A stretch of DNA of 64,000 nucleotides from Cyanophora paradoxa CCMP329 (lineage: Eukaryota; Plantae; Glaucophyta): contig QPMI01000559.1 in assembly GCA_004431415.1 (NCBI GenBank), positions 72,961 to 136,960 on the forward strand. The letters run 5' to 3'. A program made the position numbers and the translations under genes. This document shows, piece by piece, positions 17,085-29,689 of this stretch (positions within the stretch are counted from its first letter, which is position 1; every line of letters starts with the position of its first letter). The notes below the pieces were generated by a model. It saw nothing but the letters and a program-made list of their open reading frames with translations. It did not search any database and was not told the origin of the DNA.

Positions 17085-17663
17085 ATTTGATCCGCCAAGA
17101 GGTGCCGCTGACGAGTGAGACGGCGCCCACAAATAGTAGGAATCAGGATGTCTAAACGCGCACTTGACTGGGCTTTTCGGTGCGCCGCGCTCGTTTTGAC
17201 GCCGACCCCGTTCCGCGCGTGCTCATGACGTCGTCCGTGTCGTCGGTAGCGCGACGACGACGGGTGCGCTTCCATCCATTCTCGGCCACGCGCAATGTAC
17301 CAAACACCCGCGCAGTGCTCTTCGGTGTGACGGTTGTCGGCCTGTTCCAGTTCGGTGCGCTGGCGCCCCCCGCAGAGCGCGCCCCCGATTCTGACCTTGG
17401 ACCGCAGCTGGCGTTTCGTACTCAATTTTGACGAAAGAAAGACCTGCCGTGCCGCCCGCCGGAGCCTCGGAATCTGCAGCCCCGCAGGCATGCGCCGGAG
17501 CCGCAAGCAGATCTTTGGCGCTTCCGCTGACGCTCTCTCAGAAGTAAACCGTGCCATCGCGGACGCGCCACTCTCCATGCGTCACCGCACCCGTAGCCTA
17601 GAAAGAGCAGCCGAAGAACGTGCACTCAAAGCTGTCCCTGAGGGGAAGCCTGGGCTTGCTTGA
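17085..17663 (+). CDS. Small multi-exon protein, possibly NDUFA13/GRIM-19-like (complex I B16.6)
   Basis: IRQEVPLT..FHPFSATRNVP, a hydrophobic segment VLFGVTVVGLFQFG, then WRFVLNFDERK and EERALKAVPEGKPG* loosely resemble the B16.6 layout; start unresolved. Confidence 0.35.
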
Positions 17664-17774
17664 GGCCTGAGTTCACGTAAAGTCTACGTCCGGGCTTAAC
17701 TTCGTCGTAGGCAAATCGAAATCGTCCTGCATGGTTGGCATAAAGTGCGGCGGGTTTTTAGGCCTTGGTTGGAC

Positions 17775-18792
17775 GCATTTGGACACGTACTGAAACGCAG
17801 GTCCGGGCTACAAGTGTGGGAATGTACACTGCGGCCGCCGCGGCCGCGGGCCCAGCCCACCGAGCCCACGCTCGGCCAGCCGGGCCCTGCGTGGCCCCCT
17901 AAGGAGAGTAATGCGCCTCCCCACGGACACTCTGGCTAGCTAGAGCTGGACGTCTTTGATTTCGGTTGCGATTGGGGGTTGGGCGATGGAGCTCAGGTTG
18001 GACGTCATTGATTTCGGATACGATTAGGGGTTGTTTTACAAATTAAATAGGGATTGGGTGACCGAGCGAAGGTTGGACGTCTTTGATTGCATGCGATTAC
18101 GATTAGGCCGGGTTGGGCGACGGAGCTAATTTTATAAGCTTTTAAGGTTAACGTTAACGTTGGATGTCTTTGATTTCGATAACGATAAGGGGTTGGGCGA
18201 CACAGCGCTAGCTATGGTACCGGTTGTACGTTGGAAGCCATCATAGTATATATATATATATTATTGCCTCACGGCTTTATGCCGTCAAGAGCCCGCACTC
18301 CGAGTCGCGTTACTCGCATGCGCAGTGCTTGGCCTTAGTCTACGCAGCGCTCGCATTGAGTGCGGCGATTGGACCCCCACTACTTTTCATGTACCCCTCT
18401 CGGGCTCACACCCCAGGTGACACACTTGTACCCTGCGACTGTGCTTGCTCCTAGAATACCAGTTCCGCTCGCTCTCGCTGCCAGCCTGCCGAAGCTGCAC
18501 AGCACGCATGGTCACGCCTAGCAGCACCGTAAACTAGGCTCTTCTGAATATATATAGCATATAGCGCCAGCTAGCGCTAGCTAGAGTGTCCGCGGGAAGG
18601 CGAATTAATCGAAATACTCTCCTTAGGGGGCCGGGGGGGGGGGGGGGGGGGGGCATGACCAGCTTGCTGGCCATGGTGGGCTGGGCGCCAGCCGGGCCAG
18701 CGGCTGCGGCGGCCGGAGTGTACATTCCCACACTTGCAATATTAATTGTTGCATGTCGCCCAGACTTGCGGTTTGAATTCGTGTCCAAATGC
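17775..18792. mobile_element. Inverted pair of left ends (17775-17940 plus; 18578-18792 minus) enclosing ~50-bp subterminal repeats
   Basis: GCA-TTTGGACAC termini at both outer edges; repeated GGACGTCTTTGATT...CGATT units at ~17945-18200. Confidence 0.7.
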
Positions 18793-18925
18793 TGAGACTC
18801 AGCTGTTACTAAGACCTCGTAAAAAAAAGAAAGAATCCTATAGCTCACCGACTAGTACTGGACCCATCTTGGAACTCATCAACGAAATGATGTCCAACTC
18901 ATTCACCGACTGTCCAAACCAATGA

Positions 18926-19080
18926 TGCTCTTTCTAAGCTACGGGCGCGCCGGACCTCCTACCTACAGCGCTTTAACTGTACCCGTGCTGTTCGGGGTGA
19001 GAGCGTAACCCGCAGGGACTGGTGCCCTGATGGAGAAAAGGGGATGGGAGCCGAGCCTAGCTACGAGCTGAGCAGGCGCT
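18926..19080 (-). mobile_element. Fanzor right end copy
   Basis: Reverse complement of ~53145-53298 with intact GAAAGAGCA terminus. Confidence 0.85.
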
Positions 19081-19148
19081 AAAATTTTACTCTCCAAAGT
19101 TTCACTCATCTTCGATAGAGAAGGAACTCAACGATAGATAGAGAGGGA

Positions 19149-19558
19149 TTACATGTGGGTCTTCAATGTATCTACATCAGGAATCTCTGGGCCCGGAGCC
19201 TGAACATATGAAAGACGTGTGCGTCTACGGTGACTCTGCTGTGGCGACCAAGGGGGCTTTGCGGCAGGGCTGGAGGGACTAGACGGCCGATCGTTTGCTG
19301 GAACTTTAATCGATATTGGTTCTCGAGGACCAGCAGGTTTTGCAACGGCAATGTCTACCTGTAGCCTTGAGAGAGCATCCTCGTGATTCAGCATCCTTTG
19401 AGCCAATAGTTGTTCGCTGCTGTGTATAGAGAGATGAAGATGAGCCAAATCATCAGAGAGCTGTTGAAGATGTCTGTGAATGTGAGCTGTTAGAGTTGCA
19501 GTTGCTGCTGCTGCTGCTGCTGTTGTTGTCCTCTGCTGCTGTTGTTGTTGTTTCCTCT

Positions 19559-19590
<32 letters not shown>

Positions 19591-19595
19591 TGCTG

Positions 19596-19646
<51 letters not shown>

Positions 19647-19745
19647 CCGCCACCGCTGCTGCTGTTGCTGTCCAGTTAGGCTTGTGGAGTCTTGACAGCA
19701 GCTGTGCTTGTGCTTGCTGGAGTTTTGATCGTTAACTGCACCCAC
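19149..19745 (-). other. Poly-Q ORF / (CAG,CAA)n microsatellite in a repeat-derived segment
   Basis: Trinucleotide tract at ~19500-19670; 19168-19283 recurs inverted at ~42945-43059. Confidence 0.45.
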
Positions 19746-20492
19746 GCCTTCGATTCGCCTTCTCTGGGCCTCGTCTTTGGCCTTCCTTTCGTTCTTTATT
19801 TTGATAAGCTCGGGCTGGGCAGCTGCTTGAGGATCAGCAGCTTGCCAATCCGCATCATCGTCAGAAAATGGGAGCTGTTCAGAAAAGAAATCAACTGTAG
19901 CGAACGGGCGCTATGAGTGCAATGAAAGAGCCATGGCAAATCGAAAGTGTAGCACCGTCCTCGCTGTCCCAGTGAAGATTTCCCAGTCGCAGGTGCGATG
20001 CTGTTAGATTCTTCGCTAGCTTCGTGGGGATGTTGGGCGGAGGGAGTGGGAATTCGAAGGCGTCGTCCAGGGGCGGCTTTGAGCGGAGGTTCGAGCTGAC
20101 GTTCGGAGCCGCTGGCGGTGCCGCCACACGTGCTGTTGGTCCTGCTGCCGCCGCTGGCTGTGCCGCCACGCGTGCTGTTGGTCCTGCTACCATAAGCGCA
20201 GCCACCGCCTGGGCCCCTGACACCACCGCTGGCGCCCTCGGCGCTTGCGCAATCGCTGGCGCTGCTGCCGCCCCCGCGGCTGAGCCCCCCGATGGAGTCG
20301 CGCTTGCTGAGGCATGGACTGCAGCGACTGGCGGTACAGGCACAGTAGATCCGCGGCCACCCTTGGAGCTAGCTCCTTGGCCGCGGAAGAACGCAAGCAT
20401 TCTTATTCTACGCTGCCGGCGGCGGGGCGGGGGCGGCTGCTGGCGTTCGCGATGGGGAGGCTGCGGGCGCCGCCGGGCTGAACAGCCGCCGG

Positions 20493-20539
20493 CAGCACGT
20501 AGGTAGGAGGTCCGGCGCGCCCGTAGCTTAGAAAGAGCA
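20493..20539 (+). mobile_element. Minimal Fanzor right end copy
   Basis: GTAGGTAGGAGGTCCGGCGCGCCCGTAGCTTAGAAAGAGCA, identical to the element terminus. Confidence 0.8.
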
Positions 20540-20737
20540 GCAATCTAGACCCCCGAACTGCTGAAGGTCAAGCAAGCTTTTGCTCGGCTCTTAAGCGAGC
20601 CGTTGCTCGGCTGCCCGCGTATAAAGCCGAGAGCTCGAGCCGGGCTCGCGAAGCCGCTCCCTCAAAGTACGTATACCCCCAAAAGTCATCCGTCAGAAGC
20701 TGCAGCGCGCGCGTCTTCGCCTTCGTTTCTTGTCACG

Positions 20738-21780
20738 ATGTCGGGAGGGAAGGAAAGGATCGACGTCATCGCCGTCCTATCGAAGGACGCGGAGACGATC
20801 CGGTGCGCAGGCGCTCATCAAAGACGTTCAAGAGTTTAGCTGTCGTCCAACCCCTAATCGCACTCGCAATCTTTGCACGCTGCGATTTCAGGGAGCTCTT
20901 CAAGCTCCACGCGCGGGCGCTCCTCGAGAACGACAAGGAGGAGCAGGTCAGTCGTATGCGCAGACGCACGCGTACGTGCTAATTTTCGCCTCTGTTGCAG
21001 GATCGCCTCTCCCGCGAGATCCAAAGGCTCGTCGCGCTTTTTCCGGGCTTTTGCAGCGCCATTCAAGAGTCTAGCTGTCGTCCAACCCCTAATCGTAATC
21101 GCAATCTTTCCACGCTGCGTTTTCAGGGAGCCCTTACATAAGCCTTACATATGCGAGCTCAAGAAGTCCCGGGCTGTTGCAGCGCCAGCTGATCGATGCG
21201 CCCGTAGGCACGCGATCGCACACAGCTACGCCGAGAAGAAATCCCTGTTTCCTAATATCGGGTCACTCCTCCCAGAGGAAGCGGATGTTGAGGCGATAAA
21301 GGAACGCTGCGTACACGATCTGAACCGATGCGAAAGGCACCTCGTCAAATTGAACAGCATTTCGCCGTTGGAGGGTCAAACTTACGAACAGGTTCGATTC
21401 TCTGCCACCTGGCGCAGACTTCGGAAGCACATCTGACGCCATGTGGGCCCAAGGAAATGGAGCGGCTTCGAGAATGCCTTGAATCCTATTTTCTCGATGA
21501 GGAGGACATCCTTTTCCCCAAGATGAGAAAACAGGTGCGACGCCTTTTTTTTTGATTCCTTTGCTCTCTCTTCTCGAAATCTGGGATAAGGCTGACGCTG
21601 GTTAGGCTGACGAGGCATTCCTCCATTCTCTCGCTGCCTCAATTTTGAATGAGAAGCACCGTGCCCCACATGTCCTCGAGGTGACCACTACTCTGATTAT
21701 GCCAATCGAGATTCTGACTTGTGTTTCGATTCTGTTCTGGTGAATGACGTCGACAGGTCAGTCCGATGAAGCTGGGCTAA
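20738..21780 (+). CDS. Hemerythrin/HHE-like domain protein, multi-exon
   Basis: Two HHE-like half motifs, AHSYAEKKSLFP and YFLDEEDILFPKM; internal intron/exon duplication at ~20828-20905 and ~21062-21140. Confidence 0.6.
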
Positions 21781-21906
21781 CGATCTAACGAGTCCAGACT
21801 CGATCTGGACTTGACGCGAGTGTGTTTGGATGTTTCAAATCAAGATAATGTGTACTGCCACAACAACAGCGATCTGGTTCTCGAGTCTCTGTGCTCTGTG
21901 GCGCGG

Positions 21907-22040
21907 GGGGTTGAGGGGGTTGGGGGGTTTGGGGGTTGGGGGTTGGGGGTTGGGGGGTTGGGGGGTTGGGGGTTGGGGGGTTGGGGGGTTGGGGGGTTGG
22001 GGGGCGGGGGGGGGGGGGTGGGGGGGGGGTGGGGGGGGGT
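21907..22040 (+). repeat. G-rich (GGGGTT-like) tract, G-quadruplex-prone
   Basis: Directly visible runs of G4-6 separated by TT. Confidence 0.85.
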
Positions 22041-22156
22041 GGCTGTCTTGGAATTTATCAACGTCAAACAGGGTTCGCCTGTGGATCTTCAATATTGGAT
22101 ACTCGTGGCAATCGTGTCAACAGCCCTCGGGCCTATAATTTTCGTATCTCTGAGCC

Positions 22157-22520
22157 TGGAGCCTGAGCAGAGTGCCCCTAGGCCTCTATTAATATTCGTC
22201 CCCTTCTTGCCCTCTGGCGCAGGCCGACTCCATGTCTGGTCGCCTCCTCGCTGCAGGCGTACCACGTTGCGAAGAGGACCGAGGCCTGCGCCCACAGCGC
22301 GCAGAAGTGCGTCAACAGGCATCGCCCCCCCCCCCCCCCCCCCCCCTCCCCCCCCCCCATTGCCGGGGCAGCTAGCAAGAGTGTCCGCGGGGAGGCGCAT
22401 TACTCTCCTTGGCCAGTTCTTTGTTCAAGAATAGAGCAATAGCGGCTCACCCAAACAGCACGGGTACAGCTAAAGCGCTGAGGTAGGAGGTCCGGCCGCG
22501 CCCGTAGCTTAGAAAGAGCA
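22157..22520 (+). mobile_element. Composite ~365-bp unit ending in a Fanzor right end; second copy inverted at 32301-32665
   Basis: Colinear similarity between the two copies, stopping exactly at GAAAGAGCA. Confidence 0.8.
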
Positions 22521-22567
22521 ATAGTATGTTACACGTAGCAGCTTTTCCCCGTGGCCGGCCAAGGGTT

Positions 22568-24600
22568 CTAATTCTTCTCCGGTACAAAAACTCGAATTAT
22601 ATCGGTCAGCGTAAATACACCGACAGGCTAACGCAAACAAAATGAGTCAAACCTCCACAGAGGTAGCACAAGCACAAGCAAAGATTTGCGGACCTTCATC
22701 TGTTCATCGCAGACCCAGACACCTGTTCATCTCATCAGGCCGGGCAGCGTTCCGTTTTCTGCGGCCTATCCCCCTTTGAATCTAGCTGCGGTCCCCCAAT
22801 GCGGCAGCTTCTTGGCCGGTTCTCAACGGGCGGGGTCAATGTTTCTAGCGCGCCATCTCCCCCCCTTTCCTCCCCCCCCCTCCCCCTCCCCTCCCCCTTC
22901 CCCCTCTCTCCCCTGCAGCCACGCGCGCCCATAGCCTAGAGAGCGCACCAAACCAGTGGTTCTCGTAGATTTGTCGAACAACGTCGAGGATGCTCTCCGT
23001 TTTGCGTACACAACGAGGCGTCTGCAACGGCGTGACTTCCTGGTCATGGTGAGTTCGCAGTGCGGCGCACATGACCACCGTGCAGTTGGTGCAGAAAGAA
23101 TCCTATGGGAAAATTGAGGAAGCTGAGCTTCTCCTTGTCCAGCCTGATGGAGAAATCAGATTGCCACAAGAAGCGATAAAGAGGGCCGTGATCTTGCCCT
23201 CTCAGATCACGAACTCCAAGCGTTGCTGCGACTTTCCCCTCCTCATCAACCACAGCAATCGCGCTGAGATGAAACTTGTGCATCTTGGAGGCGTTTAGGT
23301 GGATTCGAACATAGACTCCAATGCATGCCGTACCAAGACAAACCCGTCCAGAGCCCGCTCCCGATGTCCAATCGAGACTACCCCCTGGTGCATCTAATGT
23401 GAAGGTTAGCAGCAACCGCTTGAGCGGGAGAGGAGAGTTACAATTCTCTCCACCGGGATATCGCGTATCTCAGGGATGCAGTGCGCGTTCTCATATCTGC
23501 CACTAAAATAAGGCGAACCGATTGTGTGGGTAAGGTATCACCCACAAGAAGCGGGTGAGGTCGATCTGGCCTAGGATGTGCAGCTCGTTGTCCTTCTCAG
23601 ATTCTACGAGGGCCTTGTGTGTTCCACTTTGGAAGACTTGGGCAAGCCTTTTTTGCGCTTAGCAGTGTACGTATATACGGTTAAGAACGACGAACACATC
23701 AAGCGGCGTGTTCGACGGGAACTTCGGCAATTCAACTCTTTTTTCCTTTCCCAAAAAATCGATCACCTGCTCAATCGTTTGAAAAAATCGTTTTAAATTA
23801 ATTTCTCGATCCTGCGGCAGGGCTCGGCTGGGCTTCGGACCTCCTTGATGGGCCGCGTGAGAAAGTTCTCAACTTCGTCGAGAATTCTCTTCCTTGCTTC
23901 AATGGACACCGGCCCGTCCACTACCTCTGCGTCCCCGAGAACATCGAGCACTGCGTGAAGCATGACGAATTTTTGAAGCTCTTCTGCTGAAAGACAGCCA
24001 ATGTAGCTCTTGCTCTTCGGCCCACCCGTAGTTACTGGAATGCTGCAGATGGCGAGCAGTATGATTATTTGGACCGCATTTGGACGCATTTGGCCTTCAC
24101 TTTAAATTTCCCCCAGCCGGCGTTGATGACAGCCGTGCACCTGCTCACATGGGCCTCCTTGAGGAGCGCGAAGCCCCGGCCCACAGTCTCAGTCGAGCTG
24201 ATTTCGATAAGATGAGTCGGTGCTTTGCCGCCAGAATCGCTGCGCGCGAAGAGATTTCCTGCATGTTTGTAAGCAGAAAGCGCCAGATCGGGCCACTGGG
24301 CCAGTTGAAACAGAAAGCGCACTGAGCGATCGAGTGATTGATAGTTTCTTTCTATCCCCCTTCGCGCTCGCCCCCGAGCTCTCCTTCTCGGCCTTTCGTA
24401 AACTCAGCCGTCTGTTCCGCGCGCGCGTGGTGGTGGCATAGACCTGGCGCTCGCGCATTTCTTTTTGCAAGCCCAGCAAAAACTGAACCGTCTTCCCCGC
24501 AAGAAGCTCCTTGACCCGTACCGCCGACGACGTGTCCTGCGGGAGAGAGCGGGCCGGCAGCGGAGCGGGCGCACGGTTAGCTTGATCTGATTTCGACTTC
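22568..24600 (-). CDS. CBS-domain protein (SNF4/AMPK-gamma-like), multi-exon
   Basis: Exons LIEISSTETVGRGFALLKEAHVS, LSAIAVVDEEGKVAATLGVRDLRG, CVRKTESILDVVRQIYENH, RVWVCDEQMK, PVGVFTLTDIIRVFVPEKN*; start uncertain. Confidence 0.8.
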
Positions 24601-24812
24601 AATGTTAGATAAAGCTGCTGCAGCTGATTGCACGCACCAGGTCTAGAGGCTGAGGGCGCACGAAGTCGCGCTGCATCGAGAGCCGGCCGGGCGGAGGGGT
24701 CCCGGAGTGCGAGGCCGAACCCTTCATCGCCCTGACACGACAGATCTCAGTCGCGCGCGGCTCGAGAATCAGATTTCCACGTTCAATCCTTTCGAGGCGG
24801 GTATACAATAAC

Positions 24813-25179
24813 GCATTTGGACACTGTGACACGTACTAAAACGCAGGTCCGGGCTACAAGTGTGGGAATGTACACTGCGGCCGCCGCGGCCGCGGGCCCA
24901 GCCCACCAGCGAGCTGGCCGGCCGGGCCCTGCGTGGCCCCCTAAGGAGAGTAATGCGCCTCCCCACGGACACCGTGCTACGCTATGGCTAGCTATGGCTA
25001 CGTGTGCCCGCATGCGCGGCCGCGCCCGGGGGGCCACGCAAGGCCCGGCTGGCCAGCTAACTGCACCTGGGACGCCAGCGCTAGCGCGGCGCCACGCGGG
25101 TCCGGATCCGCGCCCCACTTGCCTGGCCAAATCCCACACTTGCAGCCCGGACTTGCGGTTTGAATTCGTGTCCAAATGC
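24813..25179. mobile_element. MITE-like unit formed by two inverted left ends
   Basis: GCATTTGGACAC at 24813 (plus) and at 25179 (minus); the two ends belong to different left-end subfamilies. Confidence 0.75.
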
Positions 25180-25200
25180 TTCTTCCGTAATATAAGCCCA

Positions 25201-26404
25201 TTAAAGAAGGCCTGGAGGTGGTCTTAATACGATTTTTCCTGGAGAGTGCATGTGCACCTCAGGGACAGGAGATCTTCAGTGCATGTACAAAAGCATGCGC
25301 ACGGTGAACCATGTCCACAATCGGGACAATCTGCTTCACGAATGGCACGAGCGCCGTGGATCCTCCATCCAACTGAATCTCCAGGATGTCATTCCCAGCA
25401 TTTATGACTGAGAGAACACGACCAATGTTCTGGCATGATTGAATGTCAGCTCTCAACCCACGAGATCACAAACTCATTCACCTTTGCATTTCCGAGATCC
25501 TCTGAACCTGACTCTTGGTTCTCGAGGCACACATCCATGCCTATCAAGTCACGCACATGGTACTCCACACCCTCCTCGAGCACAGGTCGCTCCGAGGCAC
25601 TCGCATAGAGCTTGGAGCCCCGGAGCTCTTCAGCTGCCTCTCGGCAGTCGATGCCTGCGAGCCGTATGATGAACGTCGATTTTCCAGGTACGCTTCTGCA
25701 CGGATACTCTCAGAACATAGTACTGCAGGAGAACAGCTAGAATACGTGCCTGCCCGTGGTGAGCTGCACCGTTTCCAGAGTAGCCTTCGGGTTGGCAGCA
25801 CGACCCCAGTCTTCTCCAGCTCTGGCGGTAGTCGCTCTTGATGACCGCAGAAGGTAGCGTGTGCCAGGCCTTGTGAATCTCTCCGGAAAGTCCGATACAC
25901 TCTGAGCTTTCAATTCGCCACGGACGCCATGTGGGCCCACTATCGTGCCTATTGCGACGTAATCGTCACTGACTCCGTCATCCTCGGCGTCCTGCGCGAC
26001 ACGCGCTGCGCGTACGTTAGAGCGGTCGCAGTGGCGGGGAGTGTCATGCGCACAAGGGGCGCGGCTGGGCTTCGGGCGCACTGCGCGGGAGCTGTCACTT
26101 GGCTGACTGCGGCTGCCCTCGCACAGCAAAACCCCGCCGAGGGGCGCCGAAAACCTCGCCGGGACCGCCGGCACGCGAGGCGCCCACGTCCACGTCGTGG
26201 AAAGCCTGCATCTGTGCAAGATATGCTATCAGAGACCCGCGCGCGCCCCCGGCACGACAAGCGCCGTCCGCACCGGCGCTTCAGGAAGCAAGCGCTGGCG
26301 CGGTGCTCGACGGGAATCCGTGCGATCGATGCCGCGGGTGCTGGCCACGCCGGCAGCGTGCGGGAAGGGAAGGAGATTAACACTGCGAAGCAGGCGGACG
26401 GCAT
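25201..26404 (-). CDS. rimM: Ribosome maturation factor RimM, organelle-targeted, multi-exon
   Basis: YVAIGTIVGPHGVRGELKAQSVSDFPERF; IGRVLSVINAGNDILEI...ALVPFVKQIVPIVD; KIVLRPPPGLL*; start uncertain. Confidence 0.9.
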
Positions 26405-26811
26405 CGAACTTATAGATATCGATGGCGGATCCAGATCAGCCGCTCAGGAGGGGCCCCCGGGGGAACTTGGGGAAGGGGGGGAGGGGTAGGGAGAGGGGGG
26501 GCGGAAACGAACGGGAGGGGGGGCCTGGGGGGCTGGGGGGGGCGGAAGTGGGCGCGGGGGCTTGCCATTGGCAGCCAACTGCAGGTCAGATCAGAAGTCA
26601 CCCTTCCTCGTCAGACAATTGCAAGTTTTTCCTGGGGCCTTCGAGCTCTTCGCCTTTCGTCAAAACCGTACGGCTGGCTTGGGCGTGTCTTAAGCTTCCT
26701 CGTCGATCAGAACGTCGACCCAGGCTTCTGCACTACCGGACCGGTGCCTCTAAATCTGTAAAGATCGAGATCGAGCTCAAGGCCGGGCCCGCCGCGCATA
26801 CGTAGGAGACC

Positions 26812-27817
26812 ATGGGGAAGCGCGGTGGGAAGCGTGGCCGTGCGGCCGGCGAGGGCGAACTCGAGGTGCGCGGCCCCCTGCGCAGCCTGCCGACAGGCAC
26901 CAACAGAACGCAGTCCGGGGGCGAAGATCAGGAGGAAGCGTATCACCCGCATTCCAGCGCGACCGCGACAACCTCGGGCGATGGCCGCCGCGTATCGAGT
27001 ACGTACGCCGCTCTTTCCTCTGCACATCGAAAGGATTCGAGAAACGCGCAGCGAGGCGGAAACAGCTCAGCGAGGCCATGAAGCAGGTCATGTTCTTCGC
27101 CTCCGTGCGCGTGGGGTTTGCCTGCTGAAAGACTGGCAGGTCGACGAGGAAACAAGGCAGCAGGTCAAGAACGCCCGTTTGGAGGCGCTTGCCAACGACG
27201 ACTACGGCATGGACCTCGACACCAAGAAAGGCGATGACGATGACTTCGTGATGACTTCCGACGAGGATGACGATGGTCAATGCACTTCCTGAGTCTGCAC
27301 CGTTATTGCAGGCTCACTCGCGAACTGCAGTCGCGTTCGTGAAAAAGAAACGCAAAAAGAAAACAGAGCTCCGGGAGAAGCGAGACAAACAAGAACGAGC
27401 CACCAAGAAGCTGGAGCAAATCATCAAAGAGGCTGTTGGTTACTTTGCCGCGTTTCATCGAACGGAAGTGCCGCAACTGATCGAAGGGGGCCCGAGCAGA
27501 ATCTCGAGGGGTGCCCATCCCATATACCAACATATCTCACAGCCGCTGTGAAGCCATCCCGTTACCCGGCAAGGCATTTCTGCCATGTCTGCGGGTGGGG
27601 GGCTTCCTTCGGCTATTTGACTGTTCCATGAATACAGCTGGCTCAGAACCGCGCAGGTTCTTCTCGAACTACACTTGCACACGCTGCGGAATGCGATACT
27701 GCTCAGCAAGGTTTTTTCTCCTGTTTTTCAATTTCCATACCGAGCGCTGCAAGAGTAACACCTTACAGATGTCTAGGGCAGCACAAAGAAACGAGATGCC
27801 TCAAGTTTGCGGATTAG
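26812..27817 (+). CDS. SWC6: SWR1 complex subunit 6 (SWC6/Vps71/ZNHIT1), zf-HIT protein, multi-exon
   Basis: ARLEALANDD; PTYLTAAVKPSRYPARHFCHVCG|FFSNYTCTRCGMRYCSAR|CLGQHKETRCLKFAD*. Confidence 0.92.
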
Positions 27818-28067
27818 CACAAGCCCCTCCCGCGCTGCACCGTCGAATTGTGGTCACGATTATGATTGGGAATACGATTACGATTGCGAACACGATTACG
27901 CTTGCGAATATGATTACGATTAGATATAGTGCGAGCCTTAGGCGGCGGCGTTGGCAAGCTTTAAGTGTTTTTGCAGGGAGCCTGTTTCAGGACGCCTAGC
28001 TCGGACGCCTAACGCCTGTTTGAGATCAGGCGATCGCGAGGTAATTACAATGCTGGGTAAGCGTGCT

Positions 28068-28312
28068 GCAATTGGACACGTACTAAAACGCAGGTCCGGC
28101 CTCCGGGCTACAAGTGTGGGAATGTACACGGTGGCCGCCGCGGCCGCGGGCCCAGCCCACCAGCGAGCTGGCCGGCCGGGCCCCGCGTGGCCCCCTAAGG
28201 AGAGTAATGCGCCTCCCCGCGGACACTCTGGCTAGCTATGGCTACGTATATACGTGTGCCCGCATGCGCGGCGTGGTGCTGCATCGCGTCTTGGGGCGGC
28301 AGGGGCCGCAAT
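28068..28312 (+). mobile_element. Fanzor-associated left end copy
   Basis: GCA-ATTGGACACGTACTAAAACGCAGGTCCGG...; matches 17775, 24813 and 52000. Confidence 0.8.
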
Positions 28313-28499
28313 CTTATAACTATGCTTCATTTCTGTAACGCGAAAAAGGAAGGAATGTACAAGAAAGTTGGTTTCAACCAGCAGGCGCCACAGAAACCAA
28401 AGGAAAGTGGACAGAGGAGGGAATGCGGGGATAGAGGGCATCCTCCAGGGCCTGTGCTCCCGTCAGTTGCTTCAGCGAAATGAACAGGAAAACCGATCA

Positions 28500-29680
28500 A
28501 ACCTCGTGGAGTTCAAACATCACCCGACGGAAAAGTCGACAGAGCTGCCTGTGCCCATGAGCCCAGTCCGCAGCTTGGCACTGGCGGCAACAGTAGCATG
28601 CCTGCAGCCACTTAAGCATCGGAGCGATCATCGGACTCCAATCAACGCACCGCTCGGCATGAGCCGCACACTTGAAACTCCCTGCGTCGGGTTTCTGCCT
28701 GCCCACACACCCGATTGAAGCACGATCGCAGCTGATGCCGCCTGCTACAAGGGAGTTGTGGCGAAAGCTAATGACCAGGCGACAATTCCGCATACCTGGG
28801 TTGCCGTTCGCGGTGAGCCCGTTCCTGTACATGCTGCGCAGGCAACTCCGGAGGGAGGTCTGCATCTTCTCGGTCGGGCGCGTCCAGCCGCCGACCGTGA
28901 GGGTCGGGCCGCGCTTCATCCGCCAGGATTGCCAGGCCAGCGCGACCGTCTTCTGGGGGATTGCGACGGCCCGCCTCATCTTCTCTGCCTTCTCGCATGC
29001 CCGACTCCCGCGTGCCCAAGGCCGACCCAGGAAGCGGCGGGGGGATCCCAAGGTCCCGCTCTGCGGCCGACCGTGCAGTCTGCAGAATCTCCATTAACTG
29101 CCCAAACTCAGCGTTCAGAGCTGCGTGTGCATCGAAGGCACGGGCGCGTCACCATGTGGTGCGGCTTCAAGCGGTGGTGCCGCCTCTCCCGCTCCGCGTG
29201 CGCATCTCGAAACCCCTCGAGACGATCGATGCGGTCCAGGTGGAGGTTGAGAAGTCGCACGAACGACTCAAGGATGACGGAGAGCATGCGGCTCCTGTTG
29301 CCCGCAGGAACGTCTTCCGGCGGGGGCTCGGGCGGCTCGCCGCGTTGCTGCCGCAGCGCAGCTATGTCTGCCCTGAGGGTCTCCACGGTTGACTTGAGAA
29401 GACTGTCTATGTCGAGGCGGCGTGCGGCGCCCTGCTCCCCCTCTGCTGCATGCGCCCTGCTGGAGCTAGCGGCAGCGGTGTTCCCCGGCGCAAGCGGCGG
29501 GTGGGGCTCGTCCACTGCGGCGGCGGCTGTTCCTTGCGCTTGCGCGGGGGCCACGTCGTCCTCACTGCTCCCCGCGGCCTCACCGCCCTTTCTTGGTGCC
29601 AAACGCTCGGACTCCGCCCCGCTCTCACCGCGGCTCTCCATCACTGGAGAGCTTGGAGCGCTGCGGCGACGACGGCTGTA
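28500..29680 (-). CDS. Hypothetical multi-exon protein, function unknown
   Basis: ORFs 29108-29713 and 28768-29094 are joinable by a short GT-AG intron; no recognisable domain. Confidence 0.3.
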
Positions 29681-29689
29681 CCCCAACAG

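Noticed and set aside
17945-18200. Repeat-spacer-like ~50-bp periodicity
   Set aside because: Intervening sequences are related to each other, so this is a degenerate minisatellite, not CRISPR.
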